Source of the DNA: an uncultured Chloroflexia bacterium
GTDB taxonomy: Bacteria; Chloroflexota; UBA6077; JACCZL01
Assembly (NCBI GenBank): GCA_963765765.1
Contig: CAVXYC010000032.1
Span: forward strand, 267,882-331,881
Length of the DNA stretch: 64,000 nt
Direction of reading: 5' to 3'
Below, one piece after another: positions 1 through 11,131 of this stretch. The translations under genes were made by a program, and so were the position numbers. Numbering within the stretch: the stretch's first letter is position 1; each line of letters begins with the position of its first letter. Under the pieces are notes generated by a model. It did no database searches. It saw only the letters and a program-made list of their open reading frames with translations, and was not told the origin of the DNA.

Positions 1-943
1 CGGCCACGGTTGTCAGGACGGGATTTTCTGAGGCGAGATGCTTGCCCACGAGGATCCGGCCATAGATGTCCAGCGCGCGCGGCGCAAAGCCCGCCGGGCC
101 GCCATCGGCCGCAGCATCGGCAACTGCGTCGGTAGCTGCATCGCTTTGAGCAAGGAGCGTCACGAGCGGCAGCAAGATGGCGAGGAACACCGCGATCGAG
201 ATCGCGGACCAGCGGAAGAACGCCCCGCGGGCCGCGTGTCCCGATCTGCCCGCTCCGGCCCGAAGCTCCAGGAACCAGGCCATGGCCGCCGCCGGCAGAG
301 CAAGGACGGCGGCGTAATGAAGGTGGAGCGCGACGGCAAGAAGGATTGCCGCCGGAAGGTACCAACGTGGATTAGAGTCACGGTGGGCCCGGAAAATCGC
401 CCAAACCGCCAGCAACGCGAAGAAGGGAAGCAAATTAGGATTCCAGGCAGTGCGCGCACTAACGATGCCGATGGCCGAAACCGCATACACCAGAGCGCTC
501 GTGACTGCCGCTGTCCGGCCAAACCAGGTGCGTGCCAGTGCGTAGACCAGTCCCACGCTGGCCACGCCCAGGACGGCTACCATGCCAGCGCCCGCGACCG
601 GGCTGAGCCAGAAGAGACCCATCGGTATAGCCAGCACGTAGTAGTACGCCGGGCTGAAGTGAAGCCCTGCCAATGTGGTGGGCGGGCCAACAAGCGGGAG
701 CGCGCCGGCGGTGAGCATGCGCTTGACCTGAAGCGCGTCCCGTCCCTGGTCTCCCAGGAACGTCAGGTATTCCTCGAGCCGCCAGAATCTCAGGGCGGCT
801 GCGATCGCCAGGATCACGAGGCAGGCCAGCAGGTCGATATGACGGCGTGCCTGCTGGGCATGGTTAACAGCCCTGGCCCGGGAAGAGGCCGAAGCGCCCG
901 CACTGCCGTAGTAGCCGCTGGTGACCCGCAAAGGGGCGCTCAT
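1..943 (-). CDS. GT-C (ArnT/PMT-like, family 39) membrane glycosyltransferase; 3' end runs off the window
   Basis: Manual translation from ATG at 943: ...LAIAAALRFWRLEEYLTFLGDQGRDALQV...GLHFSPAYYYVLA...ARTAWNPNLLPFF; polytopic hydrophobic protein. Absent from the ORF track because it has no stop in the window. Confidence 0.8.
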   Translation of the reverse strand, partial: MSAPLRVTSGYYGSAGASASSRARAVNHAQQARRHIDLLACLVILAIAAALRFWRLEEYLTFLGDQGRDALQVKRMLTAGALPLVGPPTTLAGLHFSPAYYYVLAIPMGLFWLSPVAGAGMVAVLGVASVGLVYALARTWFGRTAAVTSALVYAVSAIGIVSARTAWNPNLLPFFALLAVWAIFRAHRDSNPRWYLPAAILLAVALHLHYAAVLALPAAAMAWFLELRAGAGRSGHAARGAFFRWSAISIAVFLAILLPLVTLLAQSDAATDAVADAAADGGPAGFAPRALDIYGRILVGKHLASENPVLTTVA

Positions 944-1401
944 CTAGTGCTCAGGACGCGACACGCGTCTTAGCTGTTTGTCGATCCGAGGCATGAGTCT
1001 CCATTGGCGCGTCGAGCGAACGCTGTCCGGGTTGGTGTCGCGTGGGGAAACATAAGAATCGCGTGGGCCGTCGTCGCACCACCCGTACCCAGCGGCATAT
1101 TTACCAAACCGTTGTTCGCTAAGACGTTGGGGCGAGGGGCGCTTGAAACACCTGGAAAAGTGTCCCACATCCGGACCAGGGATGAGTCACCGGGTACGAC
1201 CCGATCAGGCGATTCAGGTTGCCGACGGCATCAAGATCGGGCGCACCCGGGCAGGCGGGTCGAACGATCGGCGCATCGGCCGCGCGTGAGGCCACCGGAG
1301 TTCGAGAGTCTGCTGCGCAGCCGGAACCGACGCCGACGGCACTGCGCTCCTGGATTAGCTGTGGCGTAGCCCTAGATGCCCGATAGCCCACCTTGTTGGC
1401 C

Positions 1402-2100
1402 TCAAGCATCCGTACGGCGGACGGTCAACACACACCGCTCCAGAGCGTCGACCAGCTGTTCAGGGTGGGCAAGGAACGGGCAGTGACCGCCTGGGATCTC
1501 GATCGGCTCCACGCCCAGCCGATCCCGAGCGGCTCGCCGCGCCCACGCGGGAGTGGCCGTCCGGTCGTCGGCGCATAGGATGTACTCACTGGGAACCTCG
1601 GGCCACGCACGCAGCGGCGTCACTTCACTGCCGAGCGCTCCGGGTTCAGGACGCAGCCGATGAAAGGCCTCGCGTGCAACATCAGGTGGACAATCGTGAA
1701 ACAAGAAGCTGGCCGCCACTGCTTCACTTTCCCAGAAAGGCGCCTGGGCGGTGAACATCTCGGGATTGAACATGTCGGGCTCGCTGGCGACCTGGTCAAC
1801 CACGCTCTGGCCAGGTCGGGGCAGCAGCGAGTGGAGGAACACCATCTTCGTCACCGGCCTCTGCGCCGCAACCAGCGGGATGATCAAGCCCGCGATGGAA
1901 TGTCCGACTAACACCAGCTCATCGATGGCACCGAAGTCTCGCGTGATCGCCTCGGCGCAGCGAGCCGCACCGGCCGCAAGGTCATCCGTCGTGAGATCCG
2001 TGGTTACGCCTCTGTGGCCGCGCGCCACCAGCTCCGGTGTCACCCGGTCCCAGCACCACGCGCCGAATCCGCCGCCATGAACTAAGCCGAACGTACTCAT
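1402..2100 (-). CDS. alpha/beta-fold hydrolase (Abhydrolase_6/esterase-like)
   Basis: LVHGGGFGAWCW, GHSIAG nucleophile elbow, DD acid, GGHCPF catalytic His. Confidence 0.9.
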   Translation of the reverse strand: MSTFGLVHGGGFGAWCWDRVTPELVARGHRGVTTDLTTDDLAAGAARCAEAITRDFGAIDELVLVGHSIAGLIIPLVAAQRPVTKMVFLHSLLPRPGQSVVDQVASEPDMFNPEMFTAQAPFWESEAVAASFLFHDCPPDVAREAFHRLRPEPGALGSEVTPLRAWPEVPSEYILCADDRTATPAWARRAARDRLGVEPIEIPGGHCPFLAHPEQLVDALERCVLTVRRTDA

Positions 2101-2463
2101 CTGGTAGCTCCATCAGTGAGTGTCACGTGAGTGGCGTGCTCATGCCGGTAATTGTCATATAGGTGAGGGTGAGGGGATGTAGATGCCGCTGCTCATTGCG
2201 TCGCCGAGTCCAGGCGAATGATTGGCATCGCTTTCTTGTGCGGGCTGTCGGTGCGTGGAGTCAGCATCCGAGTCAGTGGAGCCACAGTACCTCTCCTGCG
2301 TCCACGCCCCGCCGGGCTGAAGCACTCCTGGACGAAGCGCTTCGCGCGCAGCTAGGCGGACGGCCAAGGTTTTCATTCTCGGAGGCGATGCATCGCCTCG
2401 TGAGAACTCCACCGAAGCCGCCCAACCGTACCTGGGCCGCTGGTAGTAACGTGATGTCCTGCC

Positions 2464-3211
2464 CTACCGCACCCCCACCGGCGAGCTGAGCAGCCGCCGC
2501 ATCATCTCGTTCAGATCCCGCAACGCCTGGCGGCCGTCGGCTGTGAAGCTCGAGCCGTGCATCACCGCAAACGTCGATGGCTCAAGGTCGGCCAGCCCGT
2601 AGAGGATCTGCTCGGTCTGTGTTGAGTACGGGAGGTAGTTGGCCAGCGGCCCGGCTTGAAAGCTGGCCAGCGATTGCTCGGCGCGGTCCAGCACGCTGCC
2701 ATGGAACAGTGGCTCGTTATCGCCGAGCTGGTGGAACAGGTCGGAGCACAGCAGCGTGCGCGTCGTCTCATCGAAGAGCATTCCTGCCTCCCAGCAGTGC
2801 GGGACGTGCGGGGTCAGGCGGAAGCGGAACCGGTGCGCGCCCGTGACGAGCTCTTCGTCTTGCACCATTCCGCGGGCCGCGGTTGGCGAAGTCGTTGACG
2901 CTCACCAGCGCGCCCACCAGGCTACAGACCGGCTCAGCGTTCGGCGCTACCTCCAGCCAGTCGTTCAGCGAGCCGCACTCGTCGGCCTCGTAGTGACTGA
3001 ACGAGATCCAGCGGATCTGCGCCGGATCGAGCACGCGGGCCACTGCGTCACGCACCAGCGGGAACATGCTTCGGCTGGCGGTGTGGAACAGCAGCGGCTC
3101 GTCATCTTTGACCAGGAACTGACAAAACGGGAAGTCGACCTCAGGCACGTAGGTAGCGATGCGGTAGATGTCAGGAGCGACTTCGTCGACCGTGGTAGAG
3201 AGCGGCATCAT
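2464..3211 (-). CDS. Stand-alone MBL-fold, flavodiiron-like di-iron protein (frameshift near 2870)
   Basis: Two overlapping ORFs join: [32 protein letters not shown]; no flavodoxin domain. Confidence 0.85.
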
Positions 3212-3227
3212 GGAACCTCGCAACTCA

Positions 3228-3311
3228 GTGATCAGTCGTGTACACTAACTGTATCGGCAGTCTAACGCAGTGGGAGATGAATGTCAATACTCAGTGAGCA
3301 CGAATGTTCAC
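3228..3311. promoter_or_regulatory. Two palindromic operators GTGANCA-N4-TGTNCAC flanking a minus-strand sigma70-type promoter
   Basis: GTGATCAgtcgTGTACAC at 3228-3245 and GTGAGCAcgaaTGTTCAC at 3294-3311; minus-strand TTGACA (3287-3282), 17 bp, TAGACT (3264-3259); lies between the divergent MBL and TetR genes. Confidence 0.7.
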
Positions 3312-4042
3312 CGACTGATGAAATTGGTTTGCAGACTGAGCCGGCCGCGGACGCATCGCCTCTGCAGTCTTCCGCCGCCGTGCCCGCCCGCAAGCTCCGC
3401 CTCAAGGCTCGTGCCGAGCGGATGGGCGAGACCCGCAAGCGGATTGCCCGCGCCACCTACGAGCTCCACGCCTCGGTCGGCCCGGCGCGTACCACCATCA
3501 GTGCCATCGCCGAGCGCGCCGGCGTCCAGCGGCTCACCGTGTACAAGCACTTCCCGCATGAGCGTGATATTTTCCAGGCCTGCACCACCTATCACCTGGA
3601 GCTCGACCCCCCGCCCGATCCGGCTAGATGGCAACAGATCGTCGATCCCGAACAGCGGCTCCGCCTGGCCCTGGCCGAGCTGTACCCTTACTACCGCCGT
3701 AACGAGACGCTATTTGCCAATACCGGGCGCGACATAGCGCTGGTCCTGGAACAGATGGACGGCGCGCCGCCGGCCGGGCTGCGGGCGTTCATGGACCTAC
3801 CATCCCAGCTGCACGCCGCGCTCGCCGTTGGCTGGTCGGAAGACGACCAACAGGCGACGCTCCGCAACGCGGCGCTCGCGCTAGCGATCGACTTCGCCAC
3901 CTGGCGCACGCTGGCGCGTGGTCAGCACCTCGAGGATGCTCAGGCCGTCGAGCTCATGGTCGCTCTAGTCACCTGCGCTCGGCGCGAGCTGATCTGCGAC
4001 ACCTCTAGGGCCCCGAAAAAGCGTCGACGGACTTCCGTTTAG
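3281..4042 (+). CDS. TetR/AcrR family transcriptional regulator (true start may be downstream)
   Basis: HTH segment TRKRIARATYELHASVGPARTTISAIAERAGVQRLTVYKHFP. Confidence 0.9.
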   Translation: MSILSEHECSPTDEIGLQTEPAADASPLQSSAAVPARKLRLKARAERMGETRKRIARATYELHASVGPARTTISAIAERAGVQRLTVYKHFPHERDIFQACTTYHLELDPPPDPARWQQIVDPEQRLRLALAELYPYYRRNETLFANTGRDIALVLEQMDGAPPAGLRAFMDLPSQLHAALAVGWSEDDQQATLRNAALALAIDFATWRTLARGQHLEDAQAVELMVALVTCARRELICDTSRAPKKRRRTSV

Positions 4043-4140
4043 GCATTCCGCTGAGACTGCTGACCCCGCAATCCCGTCGCCACCCCGACTTCTAGAGACC
4101 TCTGAAAAGAAGCTCACTGTGGCGATAGAGGGCAGTAGCT

Positions 4141-5207
4141 GTGCCGAGCCGCTCATATTTCCACCGTCTGCGGTTGAGAAATATCCAGGCCCTAGGCGCT
4201 TTGGGGCGTCTGCCGCTGAGTCCCTCGCAGTTTCAAGTAGGCCGGTCTGCAACTTACCTACGGGAGTTCCTGGAAGTATGGATGTACCGGGTCCCGGTTT
4301 CGGCACGCGCTAATCTCATCGGACGGCTGCGTGATCGAAACGACATCAACCATCGCGCCGCTAAATACGAGTTGCTGCTATACGCGTTCTGGCGGATCGC
4401 GGTTACCATGTCAACCTAAATGAGCCAGTCGGGGTTGGAGATGCTGATCTTCTGGTTTCGAACGGAGCCAATTTTCTAATTGAAGTTGCCACGGTGTTTC
4501 CCGATCCAGAGGAGGAGCGGCGTTACCGTCATTTACACGACATCTGCGCCGCCATCGACGGGCTCCGTGACGATGAGTTCGTCGCGGAGGTCGATGCTAA
4601 CTACGGATGGCCACCGGTCAACCTTACTCCGCGAGCCGCCAAGCGGGACGTGCGCGACTATCTGGAACGCGTGAAGCGCGATGAGGTTTCCCCGCAATCA
4701 GGCGTCAGGCTCGGAAAGGTGACCGTGAGATTATTACCCGCCTACCTGTCTGACGGATTTGTTGGAGCAATCAGTTACCCGGTCGAGTGGCGTAGTACAC
4801 CAGAGCAAGCGCGGTCCGCCGTGGAGAAAAAGGTGCAGAAATTCAAGTCCATTAAACACTCGGGGCAGCCGCTTGTTGTGGCCTTATGTGATGGTGGGCT
4901 ACACCAAAATTTTCATCAGGCGATTGATCGAGTGCTGTTCGGCTCTCCTGGCGTGATGACCATGCGAAACGATGACCGAGTCATTAGTCGGGGAGTGCGC
5001 TCGTCAGAAGGGTTCTTCGGTCCGACGGGAGCGAGCACTCGATTGAGCGCGGTGCTCGGCTGCTCGTATCAAATGACGACTCGTAGCATTGAACTACGCA
5101 TGAGGGTCTGGCATAACCCACGCGCGCTCGTCCCGATAGCGATCGCTGAGTTCGAGCCGCTGCCACAGTTGGCCACATTCCGTACGGCGTCCGGGACAAA
5201 GTATTGA
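4141..5207 (+). CDS. Hypothetical protein, possible PD-(D/E)XK nuclease-like fold (frameshift near 4400)
   Basis: Joined frames give AAKYELLLYAFW..HVNLNEPVGVGDADLLVSNGANFLIEVATVFP; visibly lower GC than its neighbours. Confidence 0.55.
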
Positions 5208-5434
5208 AATGGACGAAAGAGGACCGCCGGTCTTGTTCGGCTACGGATCTGACGGAGCCCTCTCGCCTAAAGTTCGCTGACTCAATTTCGTTAATCCGGC
5301 GTTTACGCTCAAAATTGCCTTAACTTGTTCGCGGAGGCCAAATGACCATCTCGTCCGGCCGATTAAGCCACGCCGAGCAAGCTCTCCGGAGTGAACCGGA
5401 TCAGCCGTTGGGTCCTCCTGCGCCGTAGCACCGC

Positions 5435-5535
5435 CACGCACCGCACGTGGTAACTCTGCAATATCGGACTGTCAACGCTGTGACAGCCTGTTCCAGAGGC
5501 TGAGCAAAAGCTGTTCCCTTATCGTTGTCGAGAAA
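5435..5535 (-). repeat. About 100-bp diverged repeat, copy 1, containing a TTGACA-17-TACCAC promoter and a CTGTCA-N6-TGACAG palindrome
   Basis: cacgtggtaactctgcaatatcggactgtcaacgctgtgacagcctgttccagaggctgagcaaaagctgt aligns with 10487-10585. Confidence 0.75.
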
Positions 5536-5592
5536 GACAGCTTTGGAAATGCAATTGTCGAGAAGCACTGGCCTAACCGGCAGATCGTCCCG

Positions 5593-6693
5593 TCATCTAG
5601 CGCCCCGTACTGACTCAGCGAGCAGTTCCGCCAGGGGCTTTACGAATTCCGCCTCGTTATCCCAATAATTGTGTGCCGACAATCCGCTCGCCTCAACCCG
5701 GGCAACGTTGTCAACCTCACAGTCCTCGATTCGGGCCGAGGACACCACACCGGTTTCCGGGTCGACGGCTCGGTACAGGCCGATTGTGTCGGGCTCGTTG
5801 ACTGGCCGGGATCCCGGTCGCCACCACTTGGGCGGCGCCAGTGGGTCGGCCACCGGATCACGCTGGTCCCAGAAATTGACCCAGCGCCCGATCTCCGCCA
5901 GGCAGCCGATGTCGCGACCCCAGTAGAACAGCGCCGAGTACTTGCGCAGCGGGCTACCGGCGGTAACGATGAGGCGCACCTTGGGTGCGATGAACGGCGG
6001 CAGTTGCCGCAGGACGTCAAAGGCGAGCACCGTACCCTGGCTATGGGCATTGATGATGACGCTATCCACATCATCGCGAGAGCAGATCCGCAGCAGTGCC
6101 TCTCGGATGAATCCATGGACGCGCTCGCGCAGGTCGTTTCGGGAGATGTAGGTCGTGACGTCATCTTCAAGTTGCCGAAGTGTCGCCAGGAACTCGGGTC
6201 CCACCACGGTCAATGCGTCCTAACGGACACGCAGGCTGGGGGACGATGCCCGACCGTCCTGAGCTGGGCGTCGCATGGTCGCCCGCGCATCCACGATGGC
6301 CATCCGCAGCAGCTCCGGGAAGGAGGCATACTGAGGGAGCGAGAACAGGGCCTTCGCCAGTGCGTCTATTGTGCTGCCTGGATGGCGGCGACGGGTGTCC
6401 TGCAAACGTGAGTACACCAGAGCCACATGGGCGATGCGCCCCTGTCCGTCAGTCAGATGCGCTCCGAGGTGTCGACAACGCGTTCCGGACGCGAGGCCCA
6501 TTGGCCCACCCGTCGGAGGCCCTCCTCGATCTGGTGTGATGCGGGCGGCCGTTCGCTGGCGACATAGACGGACCATTCTGACCGCGCCGGCACGCTTGCG
6601 ATGGGGATCATCGCCGAGAAGGGACGCGTCGAGATAGTGGCTCAGCCGCTCGTGTAGCGTATCGGCATATTCGGGTGGTCTACCGGGCGCCAT
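5593..6693 (-). CDS. Lipase-like alpha/beta-fold hypothetical protein (frameshifted)
   Basis: INAHSQG elbow, TAGSPL, WVNFWDQRDPVA, SAHNYW; the upstream ORF 6220-6693 appears to be the N-terminal part. Confidence 0.65.
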
Positions 6694-6785
6694 GAGCGGG
6701 CACCACTGGACACCGCGTGTGGACTTTCTGTTAACCTACGAATCCTTTTTCGATGGGCGAGGCTGCAGCGCGTTGAGCGCTGTGC

Positions 6786-9700
6786 GTGAACGGGCGCGCC
6801 GCATCGAGGCATGGCGCGTGCGGAATTCGCAGAGGAGCCTCGTCAGTGACCAGCGGAACAGCGGTGCGGTGGGGGACCACCTGGGTCCGTAGGAGTCTTC
6901 GTCCCGGAGCGGTGCTCGGCTTGCTGGTGGCGCTTGGTTTCAACCAGCCAACCGCGATCGCGGCTCGAGATCTCTCTGGCACGGGCAGCAGCGGGTTCGA
7001 GGCCTCGGTACGCGCGCCAATCTGGGCGGACACCAAACCCGATCCCACCAAGGCGTCTGCAAAGGTCGGAAGCAACGCCGCGCAGCCGACCGCCACAGCC
7101 CCCAAGCCGACCGCCACGTCGCAGCGAGCGACGGCGACTCCACAGGCAACCGCCACGGCACCGAAGTCCACAGCCACGACCGTGCTGCCCACGGCCACAT
7201 CCGTGAAGGCGACCGCCACACAGTTCCCAACAACCGGGACGGTGGGAACGGCACCGATTTCAGCGGCCGCCGATGGCGCGACCGCAACTCCAACGAGGGC
7301 AGGGAGCCAGTCGGCCACCACCGGGACCTCCACGCCCGGAGGAGGGTCCGCCGAGTCCTCGACACCGACGAAGGAGCCCTTGCCGTCGGCGTCGCCGCCA
7401 AGCCCGACACGGACGGCTACCCCGCGCACATCCAATGCCTCGCGCTCGTCATCGTCGGACGGCTCCTCGTCGTCGGAGAAACGGCCGCGCGAGTCCACCG
7501 CCACCCCGAGCCCGACAAATATCGTGCAGGCTATTGCCACACCCACGTCTCAGCCCCCCACGGCAATGCCGAGCCGTTCCCCGACCGCCCCACCGGTGCC
7601 CACGATCTCGCCGAGCCCTTCCGCCCAGGAGACGGACCTCGATGATCCGGCCTCCGAAACTGTCGGCATGTCAGCGAGCCAGGAGGTGGACGCCGGGCCG
7701 GCGCTCGTCATCGCGCCGTTTAGAGGCGCGTCAGTCGCGAGTATTGGTCCCGTTTACGGCCCCGCGTCCTGCCTGCGCGCGTTCACTTACTGGGAGCCGC
7801 TGGAAGCTGCGGCCCAGGCCGCTGGAATCCCGCCGGAGATCATGGGCGCGCTCCTCGTGGTCGAAGGGTCCGGCGAGCGGGCGGTCTCACCGGCGGGGGC
7901 CATGGGGCTGATGCAGCTTATGCCCGACAAGTTCCGTCCGGACGATGACCCCTTCCACGTGCCAACGAACCTCCGCCGGGCCGCTGAATTCATCGGCCGC
8001 CTGAACGCGCGCTATGGTAGCGGCGAACAGATCGCTGCCGCGTATTTCGGCGCAATCGACGGGGCGGGGAACATCACCGGCGCCTCGGACGGCAACGTCG
8101 ATGGCTTTGAGTATGTGCGCCGCTTTCAGGCGGCGCAGAGCTGCTTACTGGCGGGGCTGGGAGTGCCGGGCGCCGAGGTGGGCCTGCTGGTGTCGCCACT
8201 CGGCATACCGCTCAACCGCGCCAACATATCATTCGGCTTCCTGGACGATTATGGCTCAGCTCTAGCCCGCCTTATCCGCGGGCCAATCGACGTGGCCCGC
8301 TACGGGACTCTCCACTTCGCCTGGGATCTCATTGTGCCGGGCGCTCAGAATAATGGCCGCGGGTCACCAGTGTTCGCCCCGGTTGACGGTACGATCATCC
8401 GGACCAGCGACCCCGTCGGAGGCCCGAACGGAATCTGGATCGAGAACACCGGATCGGACCTCCGCGTACGGCTCATGCACATGGACGCGTTAGCGCCCGC
8501 CATCGCTACTGGCACGCGAGTCCAGGCGGGGCAATGGGTTGGCGTCCTCGGTGGTCAGGGCACCGAGGATTTCCCGCACCTGCACGTGTCGTTCGAGCGG
8601 CTCTCAACCGGCGAACGGATCGATCCGGCGCGATTCTATTTCCGGCCCAATCCGGAGATGCCCATGCCCACCGCAGGGGCGGCCTATCGATCCGCCGCGA
8701 CAACCCCGCTCGCTGTCACACACACGGTCACGCAAAACTTGAGCATCCCGACGAACGGCGACATCGAACGTCTCGCGGTCGACGGCGAAGTCCTCGTCTG
8801 GTCCGCCGTGGAGGGTGGCAACCGCCGGGTGCGCGCGCTGGACATTGGAACAGGCTGGACGTTCTCACCGGGAGATCCGTCGCCGGCGAGCAGTTTTCGC
8901 CGGTTGTTAGCGGCGAGCGCCTCATGTGGCTCGACACCCGCGAGTCCTGGGCCGGCGGCAAGGGCCGAGCGGACTCAACGATTGCCGACGTCTATCTGTT
9001 CGATCTCGCAACCGGGACCGAGCGTCGACTCACTTCGGTTCCGGGCAAGTACACCAGTCTCGCCGTGGGCAGAGGGACTGCAGCCTGGGTAAGCCAGGCG
9101 GGCGACCTGCAGACGCTGCACGTTATCGACCTCGGGAGCGGGCGCGACGCCGTGGTGGACTGGAGCTTTAGCCGCATCGAATCCGTGACGATGGCCGAAG
9201 ACTCGGTCATCTACGCGGTAGTGCCGGATCAGGAAACCACTTCGGGCGAACTGGAGATCCGCCAATACACGATCTCGACGGCGGGCACCGCTGTCCTCCA
9301 CAGAGGCCGAGTTGGGCGCCTTTCCGGGGACGGACACATCGTGGTGTGGGAGGAACCGACTCCAACGAACTTAGGCAGCGTCATCCGCTCCCTCGATATC
9401 CGAACGGGCCAGCTTCAAACCGGCGTTCCTGAGCCGACGGTCCGTGGCGGCATGTCGATCTCGGGTGGCACGTTGCTCTGGCAAGAAGCACAGCCCGATG
9501 GATCAAGGTCGCTGGTCCTGCGCGGCCTCACTTCCGCCTCGACGACCCGTCTCGCTGACGGGACGCTGGACATGAAGGTCGCGGCCGCGCTAGGCCACGG
9601 AACGCTGGCCTGGAAGACAGAGTCGGGAGATCTCGGTGTTGCGCGGCTCCCGGCGTGGGACATCGAGGGCGGTCAATTCTTCTCCGAATTGGACCGAGGA

Positions 9701-10305
9701 CAGAGACTGATCGGGAGCCTCGGGTACCGCATCGCCGACGATGGGGGAATCCCGATGTGGAGCGAATTCCTGCGACTCGGCGGCGAGGCGGTCCTGGGTC
9801 GCCCGGTGACCGACCGGGTGCAGCTCGCGGACGGCCAGGTGTATCAAGTGACCGAGCGAGCGCTCCTCCAGTGGAATCCAGTCCGTGGCCGCGCGGAGCT
9901 CGTCAACGTCCTGGACGCCCTGTCCGGTGCGGGCCAGGACGGCCAACTTCACAGCCGCTGGCAGATTCCTCCGCAGATGCCGCCGGAGGATGGCGGCGAC
10001 CCGGTCCGTGCTCGCGAGACTCGGCTCGAATGGCTCACCGATCCTGCCATTCGGGCGGCCTTCTTGGCCCCCCGGTGGGGGCACCTGTGTCTGGGTGGGA
10101 CACTGAGGCGGCCATTGCCCGGTACGGCCTGCCGACGTCGCCCCCCGAAGATTTCGGCCCCTTCGTCGCCCAGCGCTTCCAGCGAGCGGTACTGCAACAC
10201 TGGAACCCGTCCATACCCGGCGCCCAGGAGAACCCAGTGACACTGGTTGATATCGGCCTACTGTTCCGCGAGCTCATCTCCAACGGCAGCGTCGCCAACG
10301 AATAG
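6786..10305 (+). CDS. Secreted multidomain cell-wall hydrolase: T/P/S linker, SLT lytic transglycosylase, M23 peptidase, beta-propeller-like repeats, Chloroflexi-type surface domain (2 frameshifts; start uncertain)
   Basis: ALLVVEGSG..AVSPAGAMGLMQLMP (SLT); HFAWD and PHLH (M23 zinc motifs); xDLxTG repeats; FLRLGGEAVLGRP..YQVTERALLQW and ARYGLPTSPPEDFGPFVAQRFQRAVLQHW. Confidence 0.8.
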
Positions 10306-10486
10306 ATTTAGTCGAATCAATCACCCGGGCAGCGACCTGGGGGTCGGTGCGCGGAGTAATTCCACCAGAGGGCGGCGAACAGCAGAAGCACGTCATTCGA
10401 CTGACCGTAAGCGTGCAGCGTCGAATTAGGATGCCCGGAGGGCACTGCTGAAACCTGGCCGCACTTAACTAGCCCCGCGGTACTGA

Positions 10487-10585
10487 CACGCACTCGACGT
10501 GATACGTCTGCGGTATCCGGCTGTCAATGCTGTGACAGCGAGTTCCAGAGATCGAGCGAAAGCTGTCCACTCATCGATCGAGATA
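10487..10585 (-). repeat. About 100-bp diverged repeat, copy 2, containing a TTGACA-17-TATCAC promoter and a CTGTCA-N6-TGACAG palindrome
   Basis: gacgtgatacgtctgcggtatccggctgtcaatgctgtgacagcgagttccagagatcgagcgaaagctgt. Confidence 0.75.
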
Positions 10586-11131
10586 TCCAAGGTCAACGAG
10601 TTGCTGACAGCCTAGTAGACATGGTGGATCGAATGGGTAATCTGGTTTGCTTTGATCTGGCTAAGTACCCGGAGCTGGCGGCCCAGGGCGCACTCGCATG
10701 CAGCAACCCCTCCCACGTGGCATCGGGGGCAAGTCGGTGCAGCAACCACTCATCAAGCGAGTGGCGGCGCAGCCCGAGGCTCGGCACCTGGACAGCTTCA
10801 TGACCAGCTCCGCCTATCGCGACCACGCGGACTTCTGAGCGCGGAATGTCGTCGGTCTGCTGAGCCCATACGGGCCACGATAGGCGCTTGCGACCGGCCA
10901 CCGGTCGCCGTGATGACCGCGCAGGCTATACGTGCACCGGCTCGCTGACAAGGGTCGCGTTGACGCGCCCCTCCGGTGGCACCCCGGCCCACCTGGATGG
11001 CGTTTGCCGGTACGCGCCTCCCGTCCTGATCTGGTGACCGACGACGCTTGCGTCTCGTCGGGGGCTGTCTGCTACACTGCGCCGGCCGCGGCACGATGAA
11101 TGACCGACCGCGGTGCTCCCGTTGAGAGACA

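Noticed and set aside
38-973. 311-aa plus-strand ORF, and many similar long R/P/A-rich ORFs such as 16903-18672 and 26736-27434
   Set aside because: These are antisense or off-frame shadows of real genes in high-GC DNA, with no recognisable motifs.
7080-7620. Repetitive ACC/GCC/CCG tracts (also 13545-13700) as a possible DNA repeat array or CRISPR
   Set aside because: They encode Thr/Pro/Ser linkers; there are no identical repeats with unique spacers and no cas genes.
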